From NCBI GenBank assembly GCA_053919585.1, contig CM132796.1: a DNA stretch of 64,000 bases, one strand, 5' to 3'. Of this stretch, positions 14,301-29,700 are shown one piece after another. Position 1 is the first letter of the stretch. Each line of letters starts with the position of its first letter. The position numbers and the translations under genes were made by a program. Under the pieces are notes generated by a model. It made no database searches. It was not told the origin of the DNA and worked only from the letters and a program-made list of their open reading frames with translations. Source of the DNA: Euprymna scolopes (taxonomy: Eukaryota).

Positions 14301-17300
14301 CTGCAAAAGTTTCGTATATCACATCTGCAAAAGTTTTGTACATTACATCTTCAAAAGTTTTGTACATTACATCTGAAACAGTTTTGTATATCACATCTGC
14401 AAAAGTTTTGTATATCACATGTGCAAAGGTTTTGTACATTACATCTGCAAAAGTTTTGTACATCACATCTGCAAACGTTTTGTACATTACACCTGCAAAC
14501 GTTTTGTACATCACATCTGCAAAACTTTTGTACATTACATCCTCAAAAGTTTTGTACATCAGATCTGCAAACGTTTTATACATTACATCTGCAAAAGTTT
14601 TGTATATCACATCTGCTAAAGTTTTGTATATCACATCTGCAAAAGTTTTGTATATAACATCTGCAAAAGTTTTATATATCACATGTGCAAAAGTTTTGTA
14701 TATCACATCTGCAAAAGTTTTGTACATTACATCTGCAAAAGTTTTGTACATTACATCTGCAAAAGTTTTGTATATCACATCTGCAAAAGTTTTGTATATC
14801 ACATCTGCAAAAGTTTTGTACATTACATCTGCAAAAGTTTTGTACATGACATCTGCAAATGTTTTGTACATTACATCTGCAAACGTTTTGTACATTACAT
14901 CTGCAAAAGATTTGTATATCACATCTGCAAAACTTTTGTACATTACATCTGCAAAAGTTTTGTATATCACATCTGCAAATGTTTTGTATATCACATCTGC
15001 AAAAGTGTTGTATATCACATCTGCAAAAGTTTTGTATATCACATCTTCAAAAGTTTTGTATATCACATCTGCAAAGGTTTTGTATATCACATCTGCAAAA
15101 GTTTTGTATATCACATGTGCAAAAGTTTTGTATATCACATCTGCAAAGGTTTTGTATATCAAATCTGCAAAAGTTTTGTATATCACATCTGCAAAAGTTT
15201 TGTATATCACATCTGCAAAAGTTTTGTATATCACATCTGCAAAAGTTTTGTATATCTCATCTGCAAAAGTTTTGTATATCACATCCGCAAAAGTTTTGTA
15301 TATCACATCTGCAAATGTTTTGTATATCACATCTGCAAAAGTTTTGTATATCACATCTGCAAAAGTTTTGTATATCACATCTGCAAAAGTTTTGTACATT
15401 ACATCAGCAAAAGTTTTGTACATTACATCTGCAAAAGTTTTGTATATCACATCTGCAAAAGTTTTGTATATCACATGTGCAAATGTTTTGTACATTACAT
15501 CTGCAAAAGTTTTGTACATCACATCTGAAAACGTTTGGTACATTACACCTGCAAACGTTTTGTACATCACATCTGAAAAACTTTAGTACATTACATCTGC
15601 AAAAGTGTTGTACATCAGATCTGCAAACGTTTTATACATTACATCTGCAAAAGTTTTGTATATCACATCTGCTAAAGGTTCTATATCACATCTGCAAAAG
15701 TTTTGTATATCACATCTGCAAAGGTTTTGTGTATCACATCTGCAAAAGTTTTGTATATCACCTCTGCAAAATTTTTGTATATCACATCTGCAAAAGTTTT
15801 GTATATCACATCTGCAAAAATTTTGTATATCACATCTGCAAAAGTTTTGTATATCACATCTGCAAAAGTTTTGTATATCACATCTGCAAAAGTTTTGTAT
15901 ATCACATCTGCAAAAGTTTTGTATATCACATCTGCAAAAGTTTTGTATATCACATCTGCAAAAGTTTTGTATATCACCTCTGCAAAATGTTTGTACATCA
16001 CATCTGCAAAATTTTTGTACATTACATCTGCAAAAGTTTTGTATATCACATCTGCAAAAGTTTTGTATATCACATGTGCAAAAGTTTTGTACATTACATC
16101 TGCAAACGTTTTGTACATTACATCTGCAAAAGTTTTGTACATTACATCTGCAAATGTTTTGTACATTACATCTGTCAACGTCTTGTACATTACATCTGCA
16201 AACGTTTTGTACATTACATCTGCAAAAGTTTTGTACATTACATCAGCAAAAGTTTTGTACATTACATCTGCAAAAGTTTTGTATATCACATCTGCAAAAG
16301 TTTTGTACATTACATCTGCAAAGGTTTTGTACATTACATCTGCAAAAGTTTTGTATATTACATCTGCAAAGGTTTTGTATATCAAATCTGCAAAAGTTTT
16401 GTATATCACATCTGCAAAAGTTTTGTATATCACATCTGCAAAAGTTTTGTATATCACATCTGCAAAAGTTTTGTATATCTCATCTGCAAAAGTTTTGTAT
16501 ATCACATCCGCAAAAGTTTTGTATATCACATCTGCAAATGTTTTGTATATCACATCTGCAAAAGTTTTGTATATCACATCTGCAAAAGTTTTGTATATCA
16601 CATCTGCAAAAGTTTTGTACATTACATCAGCAAAAGTTTTGTACATTACATCTGCAAAAGTTTTGTATATCACATCTGCAAAAGTTTTGTATATCACATG
16701 TGCAAATGTTTTGTACATTACATCTGCAAAAGTTTTGTACATCACATCTGAAAACGTTTTGTACATTACACCTGCAAACGTTTTGTACATCACATCTGAA
16801 AAACTTTTGTACATTACATCTGCAAAAGTGTTGTACATCAGATCTGCAAACGTTTTATACATTACATCTGCAAAAGTTTTGTATATCACATCTGCTAAAG
16901 TTTCTATATCACATCTGCAAAAGTTTTGTATATCACATCTGCAAAGGTTTTGTGTATCACATCTGCAAAAGTTTTGTATATCACCTCTGCAAAATTTTTG
17001 TATATCACATCTGCAAAAGTTTTGTACAGATCATCTGCAAAAATTTTGTATATCACATCTGCAAAAGTTTTGTATATCACATCTGCAAAAGTTTTGTATA
17101 TCACATCTGCAAAAGTTTTGTATATCACATCTGCAAAAGTTTTGTATATCACATCTGCAAAAGTTTTGTATATCACATCTGCAAAAGTTTTGTATATCAC
17201 ATTTGCAAAAGTTTTGTATATCATATCCGCAAAGGTTTTGTATATCACATCTGCAAAAGTTTTGTATATCACCTCTGCAAAATGTTTGTACATCACATCT

Positions 17301-17749
17301 GCAAAATTTTTGTACATTACATCTGCAAAAGTTTTGTATATCACATCTGCAAAAGTTTTGTATATCACATGTGCAAAAGTTTTGTACATTACATCTGCAA
17401 ATGTTTTGTACATTACATCTGCAAAAGTTTTGTACATTACATCTGCAAATGTTTTGTACATTACATCTGTCAACGTCTTGTACATTACATCTGCAAACGT
17501 TTTGTACATTACATCTGCAAAAGTTTTGTACATTACATCTGCAAAATTTTGTACATTACATCTGCAAAGGTTTTGTACATTACATCTGCAAAAGTTTTGT
17601 ACATTACATCTGCAAAAGTTCTGTACATTACATCTGCAAAAGTTTTGTACATTAAATCTGCAAAAGTTTTGTACATTACATCTGCAAAATTTTGTATATC
17701 ACATCTGCAAAAGTTTTGTACATCACATCTGCAAAAGTTTTGTACATTA

Positions 17750-20700
17750 AATCTGCAAAAGTTTTGTATATCACATCTGCAAAAGTTTTGTATATCACAT
17801 GTTCAAAAGTTTTGTACATTACATCTGCAAATCTTTTGTACATCACATCTGCAAAAGTTTTGTACATTACATCTGCAAACGTTTTGTACATCACATCTGC
17901 GAAACTTTTGTACATTACATCTGCAAAAGTTTTGTACATTACATCTGCAAACGTTTTGTACATTACATCTGCAAATGTTTTGTACATCACATCTGCAACA
18001 GTTTTGTACATTACATCTGCAAACGTTTTGTACATCACATCTGCGAAACTTTTGTACATTACATCTGCAAAAGTTTTGTATATCACATCTTCAAAAGTTT
18101 TGTATATCACATCTGCAAAAGTTTTGTATATCACATCTGCAAAAGTTTTGTATATCACATCTGCAAAAGTTTTGTATATTACATCTGCAACAGTTTTGTA
18201 TATCACATCTGCAAAAGTTTTGTATATCACATCTGCAAAAGTTTTTTATATCACATATGCAAAAGTTTTGTATATCACATCTGCAAAAGTTTTGTATATC
18301 ACATCCGCAAAAGTTTTGTATATCACATCTGCAAAAGGTTTGTATATCACATCTGCAAAGTTTTTGCATATCACATCTGCAAAAGTTTCGTATATCACAT
18401 CTGCAAAAGTTTTGTACATTACATCTGCAAAAGTTTTGTACATTACATTTGCAAAAGTTTTGTATATCACATGTGCAAATGTTTTGTATATCACATGTGC
18501 ACAAGTTTTGTACATTACATCTGCAAAAGTTTTGTACATCACATCTGCAAACGTTTTGTACATTACACCTGCAAACGTTTTTTACATCCGATCTGCAAAA
18601 CTTTTGTACATTACATCTTCAAAAGTTTTGTACATCAGATCTGCAAACGTTTTATACATTACATCTGCAAAAGTTTTGTATATCACATCTGCTAAAGCTT
18701 TGTATATCACATCTGCAAAAGTTTTGTATATCACATCTGCAAAAGTTTTGTATATCACATGTGCAAAAGTTTTGTATATTACATCTGCAAAAGTTTTGTA
18801 CATTACATCTGCAAAAGTTTTGTACATTACATCTGCAAAATTTTGTATATCACATCTTCAAAAGTTTTGTATATCACATCTGAAAAAGTTTTGTACATTG
18901 CATCTGCAAAAGTTTTGTACATTACATCTGCAAAAGTTTTGTACATTACATCTGCAAAAGTTTTGTACATTACATCTGCAAAGGTTTTGTATATCACATC
19001 TGCAAAGGTTTTGTACATTACATCTGCAAAAGTTTTGTATATCACATCTGCAAAGGTTTTGTACATTACATCTGCAAAAGTTTTGTATATAACATCTGCA
19101 AAAGTTTTGGATATCACATCTGCAAAGGTTTTGTATATCACATCTGCAAAAGTTTTGTATATCACATCTCCAAAGTTTTGTATATCACATCTGCAAAAGT
19201 TTTGTATATCACATCTGCAAAAGTTTTGTATATCACATCTGCAAAAGTTTTGTAAATTACATCTGCAAAATTTTTGTACATAACATCTGCAAAAGTTTTG
19301 TACATTACATCTGCAAAAGTTTTGTACATTACATCTGCAAAAGTTTTGTATATCACATCTGCAAAAGTTTTGTACATTACATCTGCAAAAGTATTGTATA
19401 TCACATCTGCAAAGGTTTTGTATATCACATCTGAAAGAGTTTTGTATATCACCTCTGCAAAATTTGTGTATATCATATCTGCAAAGGTTTTGTATATCAC
19501 ATGTGCAAAAGTTTTGTATATCACATCTGCAAAAGTTTTGTACATTACATCTTCAAAGGTTTTGTACATTACATTTGCAAAAGTTTTGTACATTACATCT
19601 GCACATCTGCAAAAGTTTTGTACATTACATCTGCAAAAGTTTTGTATATCACATCTGCAAAAGTTTTGTACATTACATCTGCAAAAGTTTTGTATATCAC
19701 ATCTGCAAAAGTTTTGTACATTACATCTGCAAATATTTTGTATATCACATCTGCAAAAGTTTTGTATATCACATCTGCAAATGTTTTGTATATAACATCT
19801 GCAAAAGTTTTGTATATCACATCTTCAAAAGTTTTGTATATCACATCTGCAAAAGTTTTGTATATCACATCTGCAAAAGTTTTGTATAGCACATCTGCAA
19901 AGGTTTTGTATATCACATCTGCAAAAGTTTTGTATATCACCTCTGCAAAATTTTTGTACATCACATCTGCAAAGTTTTTGTACATTACATCTGCAAAAGT
20001 TTTGTATATCACATCTGCTTAAGTTTTGTATATCACATGTGCAAAAGTTTTGTACATTACATCTGCAAACGTTTTGTACATTACATCTGCAAAAGTTTTG
20101 TACATTACATCTGCAAATGTTTTGTACATTACATCTGTCAACGTCTTGTACATTACATCTGCAAACGTTTTGTACATTACATCAGCAAAAGTTTTGTACA
20201 TTACATCTGCAAACGTTTTGTACATCACATCTGCGAAACTTTTGTACATTACATCTGCAAAAGTTTTGTACATCAGATCTGCAAAGGTTTTGTACATTAC
20301 ATCTGCAAATGTTTTGTACATCACATCTGCAAAAGTTTTGTACATTACATCTGCAAACGTTTTGTACATCACATCTGCGAAACTTTTGTACATTACATCT
20401 GCAAAAGTTTTGTATATCACATCTTCAAAAGTTTTGTATATCACATCTGCAAAAGTTTTGTATATCACATCTGCAAAAGTTTTGTATATCACATCCGCAA
20501 AAGTTTTGTATATTACATCTGCAACAGTTTTGTATATCACATCTGCAAATGTTTTGTATATCACATCTGCAAAAGTTTTTTATATCACATATGCAAAAGT
20601 TTTGTATATCACATCTGCAAAAGTTTTGTATATCACATCCGCAAAAGTTTTGTATATCACATCTGCAAAAGGTTTGTATAACACATCTGCAAAGTTTTTG

Positions 20701-23700
20701 CATATCACATCTGCAAAAGTTTCGTATATCACATCTGCAAAAGTTTTGTACATTACATCTGCAAAAGTTTTGTACATTACATCTGCAAAAGTTTTGTATA
20801 TCACATGTGCAAATGTTTTGTATATCACATGTGCAAAAGTTTTGTACATTACATCTGCAAAAGTTTTGTACATCACATCTGCAAACGTTTTGTACATTAC
20901 ACCTGCAAACGTTTTTTACATCCGATCTGCAAAACTTTTGTACATTACATCTTCAAAAGTTTTGTACATCAGATCTGCAAACGTTTTATACATTACATCT
21001 GCAAAAGTTTTGTATATCACATCTGCTAAAGCTTTGTATATCACATCTGCAAAAGTTTTGTATATCACATCTGCAAAAGTTTTGTATATCACATGTGCAA
21101 AATTTTGTATATTACATCTGCAAAAGTTTTGTACATTACATCTGCAAAAGTTTTGTACATTACATCTGCAAAAGTTTTGTATATCACATCTTCAAAAGTT
21201 TTGTATATCACATCTGAAAAAGTTTTGTACATTGCATCTGCAAAAGTTTTGTACATTACATCTGCAAAAGTTTTGTACATTACATCTGCAAAAGTTTTGT
21301 ACATTACATCTGCAAAGGTTTTGTATATCACATCTGCAAAGGTTTTGTACATTACATCTGCAAAAGTTTTGTATATCACATCTGCAAAGGTTTTGTACAT
21401 TACATCTGCAAAAGTTTTGTATATAACATCTGCAAAAGTTTTGGATATCACATCTGCAAAGGTTTTGTATATCACATCTGCAAAAGTTTTGTATATCACA
21501 TCTCCAAAGTTTTGTATATCACATCTGCAAAAGTTTTGTATATCACATCTGCAAAAGTTTTGTATATCACATCTGCAAAAGTTTTGTAAATTACATCTGC
21601 AAAATTTTTGTACATAACATCTGCAAAAGTTTTGTACATTACATCTGCAAAAGTTTTGTACATTACATCTGCAAAAGTTTTGTATATCACATCTGCAAAA
21701 GTTTTTGTACATTACATCTGCAAAAGTATTGTATATCACATCTGCAAAGGTTTTGTATATCACATCTGAAAGAGTTTTGTATATCACCTCTGCAAAATTT
21801 GTGTATATCATATCTGCAAAGGTTTTGTATATCACATGTGCAAAAGTTTTGTATATCACATCTGCAAAAGTTTTGTACATTACATCTGCAAAGGTTTTGT
21901 ACATTACATTTGCAAAAGTTTTGTACATTACATCTGCACATCTGCAAAAGTTTTGTACATTACATCTGCAAAAGTTTTGTATATCACATCTGCAAAAGTT
22001 TTGTACATTACATCTGCAAAAGTTTTGTATATCACATCTGCAAAAGTTTTGTACATTACATCTGCAAATATTTTGTATATCACATCTGCAAAAGTTTTGT
22101 ATATCACATCTGCAAATGTTTTGTATATCACATCTGCAAAAGTTTTGTATATCACATCTTCAAAAGTTTTGTATATCACATCTGCAAAAGTTTTGTATAT
22201 CACATCTGCAAAAGTTTTGTATAGCACATCTGCAAAGGTTTTGTATATCACATCTGCAAAAGTTTTGTATATCACCTCTGCAAAATTTTTGTACATCACA
22301 TCTGCAAAGTTTTTGTACATTACATCTGCAAAGGTTTTGTATATCACATCTGCTTAAGTTTTGTATATCACATGTGCAAAAGTTTTGTACATTACATCTG
22401 CAAACGTTTTGTACATTACATCTGCAAAAGTTTTGTACATTACATCTGCAAATGTTTTGTACATTACATCTGTCAACGTCTTGTACATTACATCTGCAAA
22501 CGTTTTGTACATTACATCAGCAAAAGTTTTGTACATTACATCTGCAAAAGTTTTGTATATCACATCTGCAAAAGTTTTGTACATTACATCTGCAAAGGTT
22601 TTGTACATTACATCTGCAAAAGTTTTGTATATTACATCTGCAAAAGTTTTGTATATCACATCTGCAAAGGTTTTGTACATTACATCTGCAAAAGTTTTGT
22701 ACATTACATCTGCAAAAGTTTTGTACATTACATCTGCAAAAGTTTTGTACATTACATCTGCAAAAGTTTTGTACATAACATCTGCAAAAGTTTTGTACAT
22801 TACATCTGCAAAAGTTTTGTACATTACATCTGCAAAAGTTTTGTACATTACATCTGCAAAAGTTTTGTACATTACATCTGCAAAAGTTTTGCACATTACA
22901 TCTGCAAAAGTTTTGTATATCACATCTGCGAAAGTTTTGTACATTACATCTGCAAATGTTTTGTATATCACATCTGCAAAAGTTTTGTACATTACATCTG
23001 CAAACGTTTTGTATATCACATCTGCAAAAGTTTTGTACATCACATCTGCAAAAGTATTGTATATCACATCTGCAAAGGTTTTGTATATCACATCTGAAAA
23101 AGTTTTGTATATCACATCTGCAAAATTTGTGTACATCACATCTTCAAAGGTTTTGTACATTACATCTGCAAAAGTTTTGTATATCACATCTGCAAAAGTT
23201 TTGTATATCACATCTGCAAAAGTTTTGTATATCACATTTGCAAAAGTTTTGTATATCATATCCGCAAAGGTTTTGTATATCACATCTGCAAAAGTTTTGT
23301 ATATCACCTCTGCAAAATGTTTTTACATCACATCTGCAAAATTTTTGTACATTACATCTGCAAAAGTTTTGTATATCACATCTGCAAAAGTTTTGTATAT
23401 CACATGTGCAAAAGTTTTGTACATTACATCTGCAAATGTTTTGTACATTACATCTGCAAAAGTTTTGTACATTACATCTGCAAATGTTTTGTACATTACA
23501 TCTGTCAACGTCTTGTACATTACATCTGCAAACGTTTTGTACATTACATCTGCAAAAGTTTTGTACATTACATCTGCAAAAGTTTTGTACATTACATCTG
23601 CAAAGGTTTTGTACATTACATCTGCAAAAGTTTTGTACATTACATCTGCAAAAGTTCTGTACATTACATCTGCAAAAGTTTTGTACATTAAATCTGCAAA

Positions 23701-26700
23701 AGTTTTGTACATTACATCTGCAAAATTTTGTATATCACATCTGCAAAAGTTTTGTACATCACATCTGCAAAAGTTTTGTATATCACATCTGCAAATGTTT
23801 TGTACATTACATCTGCAAAAGTTTTGTATATAACATCTGCAAAAGTTTTGTACATTACATCTGAAAAAGTATTGTATATCACATCTGCAAAGGTTTTGTA
23901 TATCACATCTGAAAAAGTTTTGTATATCCCCTCTGCAACATTTTTGTATATCACATCTTCAAAGGTTTTTGTACATTACATCTGCAAAAGTTTTGTACAT
24001 TACATCTGCAAAAGTTTTGTATATCACATCTGCAAAAGTTTTGTATATCACATGTTCAAAAGTTTTGTACATTACATCAGCAAATCTTTTGTACATCACA
24101 TCTGCAAAAGTTTTGTACATTACATCTGCAAACGTTTTGTACATTACACCTGCAAACGTTTTTTACATCCGATCTGCAAAACTTTTGTACATTACATCTT
24201 CAAAAGTTTTGTACATCAGATCTGCAAACGTTTTATACATTACATCTGCAAAAGTTTTGTATATCACATCTGCTAAAGCTTTGTATATCACATCTGCAAA
24301 AGTTTTGTATATCACATCTGCAAAAGTTTTGTATATCACATGTGCAAAAGTTTTGTATATTACATCTGCAAAAGTTTTGTACATTACATCTGCAAAAGTT
24401 TTGTACATTACATCTGCAAAAGTTTTGTATATCACATCTTCAAAAGTTTTGTATATCACATCTGAAAAAGTTTTGTACATTGCATCTGCAAAAGTTTTGT
24501 ACATTACATCTGCAAAAGTTTTGTACATTACATCTGCAAAAGTTTTGTACATTACATCTGCAAAGGTTTTGTATATCACATCTGCAAAGGTTTTGTACAT
24601 TACATCTGCAAAAGTTTTGTATATCACATCTGCAAAGGTTTTGTACATTACATCTGCAAAAGTTTTGTATATAACATCTGCAAAAGTTTTGGATATCACA
24701 TCTGCAAAGGTTTTGTATATCACATCTGCAAAAGTTTTGTATATCACATCTCCAAAGTTTTGTATATCACATCTGCAAAAGTATTGTATATCACATCTGC
24801 AAAAGTTTTGTATATCACATCTGCAAAAGTTTTGTAAATTACATCTGCAAAATTTTTGTACATAACATCTGCAAAAGTTTTGTACATTACATCTGCAAAA
24901 GTTTTGTACATTACATCTGCAAAAGTTTTGTATATCACATCTGCAAAAGTTTTGTACATTACATCTGCAAAAGTATTGTATATCACATCTGCAAAGGTTT
25001 TGTATATCACATCTGAAAGAGTTTTGTATATCACCTCTGCAAAATTTGTGTATATCATATCTGCAAAGGTTTTGTATATCACATGTGCAAAAGTTTTGTA
25101 TATCACATCTGCAAAAGTTTTGTACATTACATCTGCAAAGGTTTTGTACATTACATTTGCAAAAGTTTTGTACATTACATCTGCACATCTGCAAAAGTTT
25201 TGTACATTACATCTGCAAAAGTTTTGTATATCACATCTGCAAAAGTTTTGTACATTACATCTGCAAAAGTTTTGTATATCACATCTGCAAAAGTTTTGTA
25301 CATTACATCTGCAAATATTTTGTATATCACATCTGCAAAAGTTTTGTATATCACATCTGCAAATGTTTTGTATATCACATCTGCAAAAGTTTTGTATATC
25401 ACATCTTCAAAAGTTTTGTATATCACATCTGCAAAAGTTTTGTATATCACATCTGCAAAAGTTTTGTATAGCACATCTGCAAAGGTTTTGTATATCACAT
25501 CTGCAAAAGTTTTGTATATCACCTCTGCAAAATTTTTGTACATCACATCTGCAAAGTTTTTGTACATTACATCTGCAAAAGTTTTGTATATCACATCTGC
25601 TTAAGTTTTGTATATCACATGTGCAAAAGTTTTGTACATTACATCTGCAAACGTTTTGTACATTACATCTGCAAAAGTTTTGTACATTACATCTGCAAAT
25701 GTTTTGTACATTACATCTGTCAACGTCTTGTACATTACATCTGCAAACGTTTTGTACATTACATCAGCAAAAGTTTTGTACATTACATCTGCAAAAGTTT
25801 TGTATATCACATCTGCAAAAGTTTTGTACATTACATCTGCAAAGGTTTTGTACATTACATCTGCAAAAGTTTTGTATATTACATCTGCAAAAGTTTTGTA
25901 TATCACATCTGCAAAGGTTTTGTACATTACATCTGCAAAAGTTTTGTACATTACATCTGCAAAAGTTTTGTACATTACATCTGCAAAAGTTTTGTACATT
26001 ACATCTGCAAAAGTTTTGTACATAACATCTGCAAAAGTTTTGTACATTACATCTGCAAAAGTTTTGTACATTACATCTGCAAAAGTTTTGTACATTACAT
26101 CTGCAAAAGTTTTGTACATTACATCTGCAAAAGTTTTGCACATTACATCTGCAAAAGTTTTGTATATCACATCTGCGAAAGTTTTGTACATTACATCTGC
26201 AAAAGTTTTGTATATCACATCTGCAAAAGTTTTGTACATTACATCTGCAAACGTTTTGTATATCACATCTGCAAAAGTTTTGTACATCACATCTGCAAAA
26301 GTATTGTATATCACATCTGCAAAGGTTTTGTATATCACATCTGAAAAAGTTTCGTATATCACATCTGCAAAATTTGTGTACATCACATCTTCAAAGGTTT
26401 TGTACATTACATCTGCAAAAGTTTTGTATATCACATCTGCAAAAGTTTTGTATATCACATCTGCAAAAGTTTTGTATATCACATTTGCAAAAGTTTTGTA
26501 TATAATATCCGCAAAGGTTTTGTATATCACATCTGCAAAAGTTTTGTATATCACCTCTGCAAAATGTTTGTACATCACATCTGCAAAATTTTTGTACATT
26601 ACATCTGCAAAAGTTTTGTATATCACATCTGCAAAAGTTTTGTATATCACATGTGCAAAAGTTTTGTACATTACATCTGCAAATGTTTTGTACATTACAT

Positions 26701-29700
26701 CTGCAAAAGTTTTGTACATTACATCTGCAAATGTTTTGTACATTACATCTGTCAACGTCTTGTACATTACATCTGCAAACGTTTTGTACATTACATCTGC
26801 AAAAGTTTTGTACATTACATCTGCAAAAGTTTTGTACATTACATCTGCAAAGGTTTTGTACATTACATCTGCAAAAGTTTTGTACATTACATCTGCAAAA
26901 GTTCTGTACATTACATCTGCACAAGTTTTGTACATTAAATCTGCAAAAGTTTTGTACATTACATCTGCAAAATTTTGTATATCACATCTGCAAAAGTTTT
27001 GTACATCACATCTGCAAAAGTTTTGTATATCACATCTGCAAATGTTTTGTACATTACATCTGCAAAAGTTTTGTATATAACATCTGCAAAAGTTTTGTAC
27101 ATTACATCTGAAAAAGTATTGTATATCACATCTGCAAAGGTTTTGTATATCACATCTGAAAAAGTTTTGTATATCCCCTCTGCAACATTTTTGTATATCA
27201 CATCTTCAAAGGTTTTGTACATTACATCTGCAAAAGTTTTGTACATTACATCTGCAAAAGTTTTGTATATCACATCTGCAAAAGTTTTGTATATCACATG
27301 TTCAAAAGTTTTGTACATTACATCTGCAAATCTTTTGTACATCACATCTGCAAAAGTTTTGTACATTACATCTGCAAACGTTTTGTACATCACATCTGCG
27401 AAACTTTTGTACATTACATCTGCAAAAGTTTTGTACATCAGATCTGCAAAGGTTTTGTACATTACATCTGCAAATGTTTTGTACATCACATCTGCAACAG
27501 TTTTGTACATTACATCTGCAAACGTTTTGTACATCACATCTGCGAAACTTTTGTACATTACATCTGCAAAAGTTTTGTATATCACATCTTCAAAAGTTTT
27601 GTATATCACATCTGCAAAAGTTTTGTATATCACATCTGCAAAAGTTTTGTATATCACATCTGCAAAAGTTTTGTATATTACATCTGCAACAGTTTTGTAT
27701 ATCACATCTGCAAAAGTTTTGTATATCACATCTGCAAAAATTTTATATCACATATGCAAAAGTTTTGTATATCACATCTGCAAAAGTTTTGTATATCACA
27801 TCCGCAAAAGTTTTGTATATCACATCTGCAAAAGGTTTGTATATCACATCTGCAAAGTTTTTGCATATCACATCTGCAAAAGTTTCGTATATCACATCTG
27901 CAAAAGTTTTGTACATTACATCTGCAAAAGTTTTGTACATTACATCTGCAAAAGTTTTGTATATCACATGTGCAAATGTTTTGTATATCACATGTGCAAA
28001 AGTTTTGTACATTACATCTGCAAAAGTTTTGTACATCACATCTGCAAACGTTTTGTACATTACACCTGCAAACGTTTTTTACATCCGATCTGCAAAACTT
28101 TTGTACATTACATCTTCAAAAGTTTTGTACATCAGATCTGCAAACGTTTTATACATTACATCTGCAAAAGTTTTGTATATCACATCTGCTAAAGCTTTGT
28201 ATATCACATCTGCAAAAGTTTTGTATATCACATCTGCAAAAGTTTTGTATATCACATGTGCAAAAGTTTTGTATATTACATCTGCAAAAGTTTTGTACAT
28301 TACATCTGCAAAAGTTTTGTACATTACATCTGCAAAATTTTGTATATCACATCTTCAAAAGTTTTGTATATCACATCTGAAAAAGTTTTGTACATTGCAT
28401 CTGCAAAAGTTTTGTACATTACATCTGCAAAAGTTTTGTACATTACATCTGCAAAAGTTTTGTACATTACATCTGCAAAGGTTTTGTATATCACATCTGC
28501 AAAGGTTTTGTACATTACATCTGCAAATGTTTTGTATATCACATCTGCAAAGGTTTTGTACATTACATCTGCAAAAGTTTTGTATATAACATCTGCAAAA
28601 GTTTTGGATATCACATCTGCAAAGGTTTTGTATATCACATCTGCAAAAGTTTTGTATATCACATCTCCAAAGTTTTGTATATCACATCTGCAAAAGTTTT
28701 GTATATCACATCTGCAAAAGTTTTGTATATCACATCTGCAAAAGTTTTGTAAATTACATCTGCAAAATTTTTGTACATAACATCTGCAAAAGTTTTGTAC
28801 ATTACATCTGCAAAAGTTTTGTACATTACATCTGCAAAAGTTTTGTATATCACATCTGCAAAAGTTTTGTACATTACATCTGCAAAAGTATTGTATATCA
28901 CATCTGCAAAGGTTTTGTATATCACATCTGAAAGAGTTTTGTATATCACCTCTGCAAAATTTGTGTATATCATATCTGCAAAGGTTTTGTATATCACATG
29001 TGCAAAAGTTTTGTATATCACATCTGCAAAAGTTTTGTACATTACATCTTCAAAGGTTTTGTACATTACATTTGCAAAAGTTTTGTACATTACATCTGCA
29101 CATCTGCAAAAGTTTTGTACATTACATCTGCAAAAGTTTTGTATATCACATCTGCAAAAGTTTTGTACATTACATCTGCAAAAGTTTTGTATATCACATC
29201 TGCAAAAGTTTTGTACATTACATCTGCAAATATTTTGTATATCACATCTGCAAAAGTTTTGTATATCACATCTGCAAATGTTTTGTATATAACATCTGCA
29301 AAAGTTTTGTATATCACATCTTCAAAAGTTTTGTATATCACATCTGCAAAAGTTTTGTATATCACATCTGCAAAAGTTTTGTATAGCACATCTGCAAAGG
29401 TTTTGTATATCACATCTGCAAAAGTTTTGTATATCACCTCTGCAAAATTTTTGTACATCACATCTGCAAAGTTTTTGTACATTACATCTGCAAAAGTTTT
29501 GTATATCACATCTGCTTAAGTTTTGTATATCACATGTGCAAAAGTTTTGTACATTACATCTGCAAACGTTTTGTACATTACATCTGCAAAAGTTTTGTAC
29601 ATTACATCTGCAAATGTTTTGTACATTACATCTGTCAACGTCTTGTACATTACATCTGCAAACGTTTTGTACATTACATCAGCAAAGTTTTGTACATTAC

